Below are positions 63,767-64,000 of a DNA stretch of 64,000 bases, one piece after another. This stretch comes from Eledone cirrhosa. Taxonomy: Eukaryota. The notes under the pieces are model-generated. The model ran no database searches. It saw only the letters and a program-made list of their open reading frames with translations, and was not told the DNA's origin. A program made the position numbers and the translations under genes. The DNA lies in contig OZ024741.1 in the NCBI GenBank assembly GCA_964016885.1, forward strand, positions 175,336,001-175,400,000, read 5' to 3'. Each line of letters begins with the position of its first letter. The first letter of the stretch is position 1.

Positions 63767-64000
63767 ACATTCACATTTTTCGTATACATCTAAAAAAATA
63801 TGTAAAAGACAAAATATAAATGAAAAAACTATTTTGCTAAACGAAACATTTTTGCATAATTTTTGACGCTGTTTAAAAAACAAATTTGTCAACTACTCGT
63901 ATCTGTGAGTCTCCTATAAATTGTTACATAATTTGGTTTGTTTTCAACTACAACATTATAAATGAAAATATAAAAAATATATTATAGACTTCACTAATAT

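Overview
AT-rich, repeat-saturated animal genomic DNA with no recognisable host protein-coding gene. The SINE families and microsatellite load suggest octopus or another coleoid cephalopod (inference). The window is a chain of short mobile-element cassettes, most separated by (TA)n tracts. The dominant class is Penelope-like retroelements (PLEs): two families of decayed RT + C-terminal GIY-YIG elements plus many non-coding 3' ends / pseudo-LTRs. Also present are an R4/Dong-like RLE LINE, RTE 3' ends, a Ty3/Gypsy relic, Helitrons, a hAT MITE, tRNA-derived SINEs and a 16x63-bp minisatellite. Folding by eye gives about 30 type I hammerhead ribozyme (HHR) motifs from roughly ten sequence families, some with family-conserved core variants (U3:A8, CAGAAGA). 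Three patterns stand out: (i) palindromic mini-insertions whose fold-back point lies inside the ribozyme; (ii) a hammerhead whose three strands occur in scrambled C-B-A order; (iii) pieces of the 63-bp minisatellite sitting at internal junctions of two unrelated HHR-bearing PLE insertions. Most short ORFs in the supplied track are microsatellite artefacts. All coordinates and folds were read by eye, and no activity has been tested.
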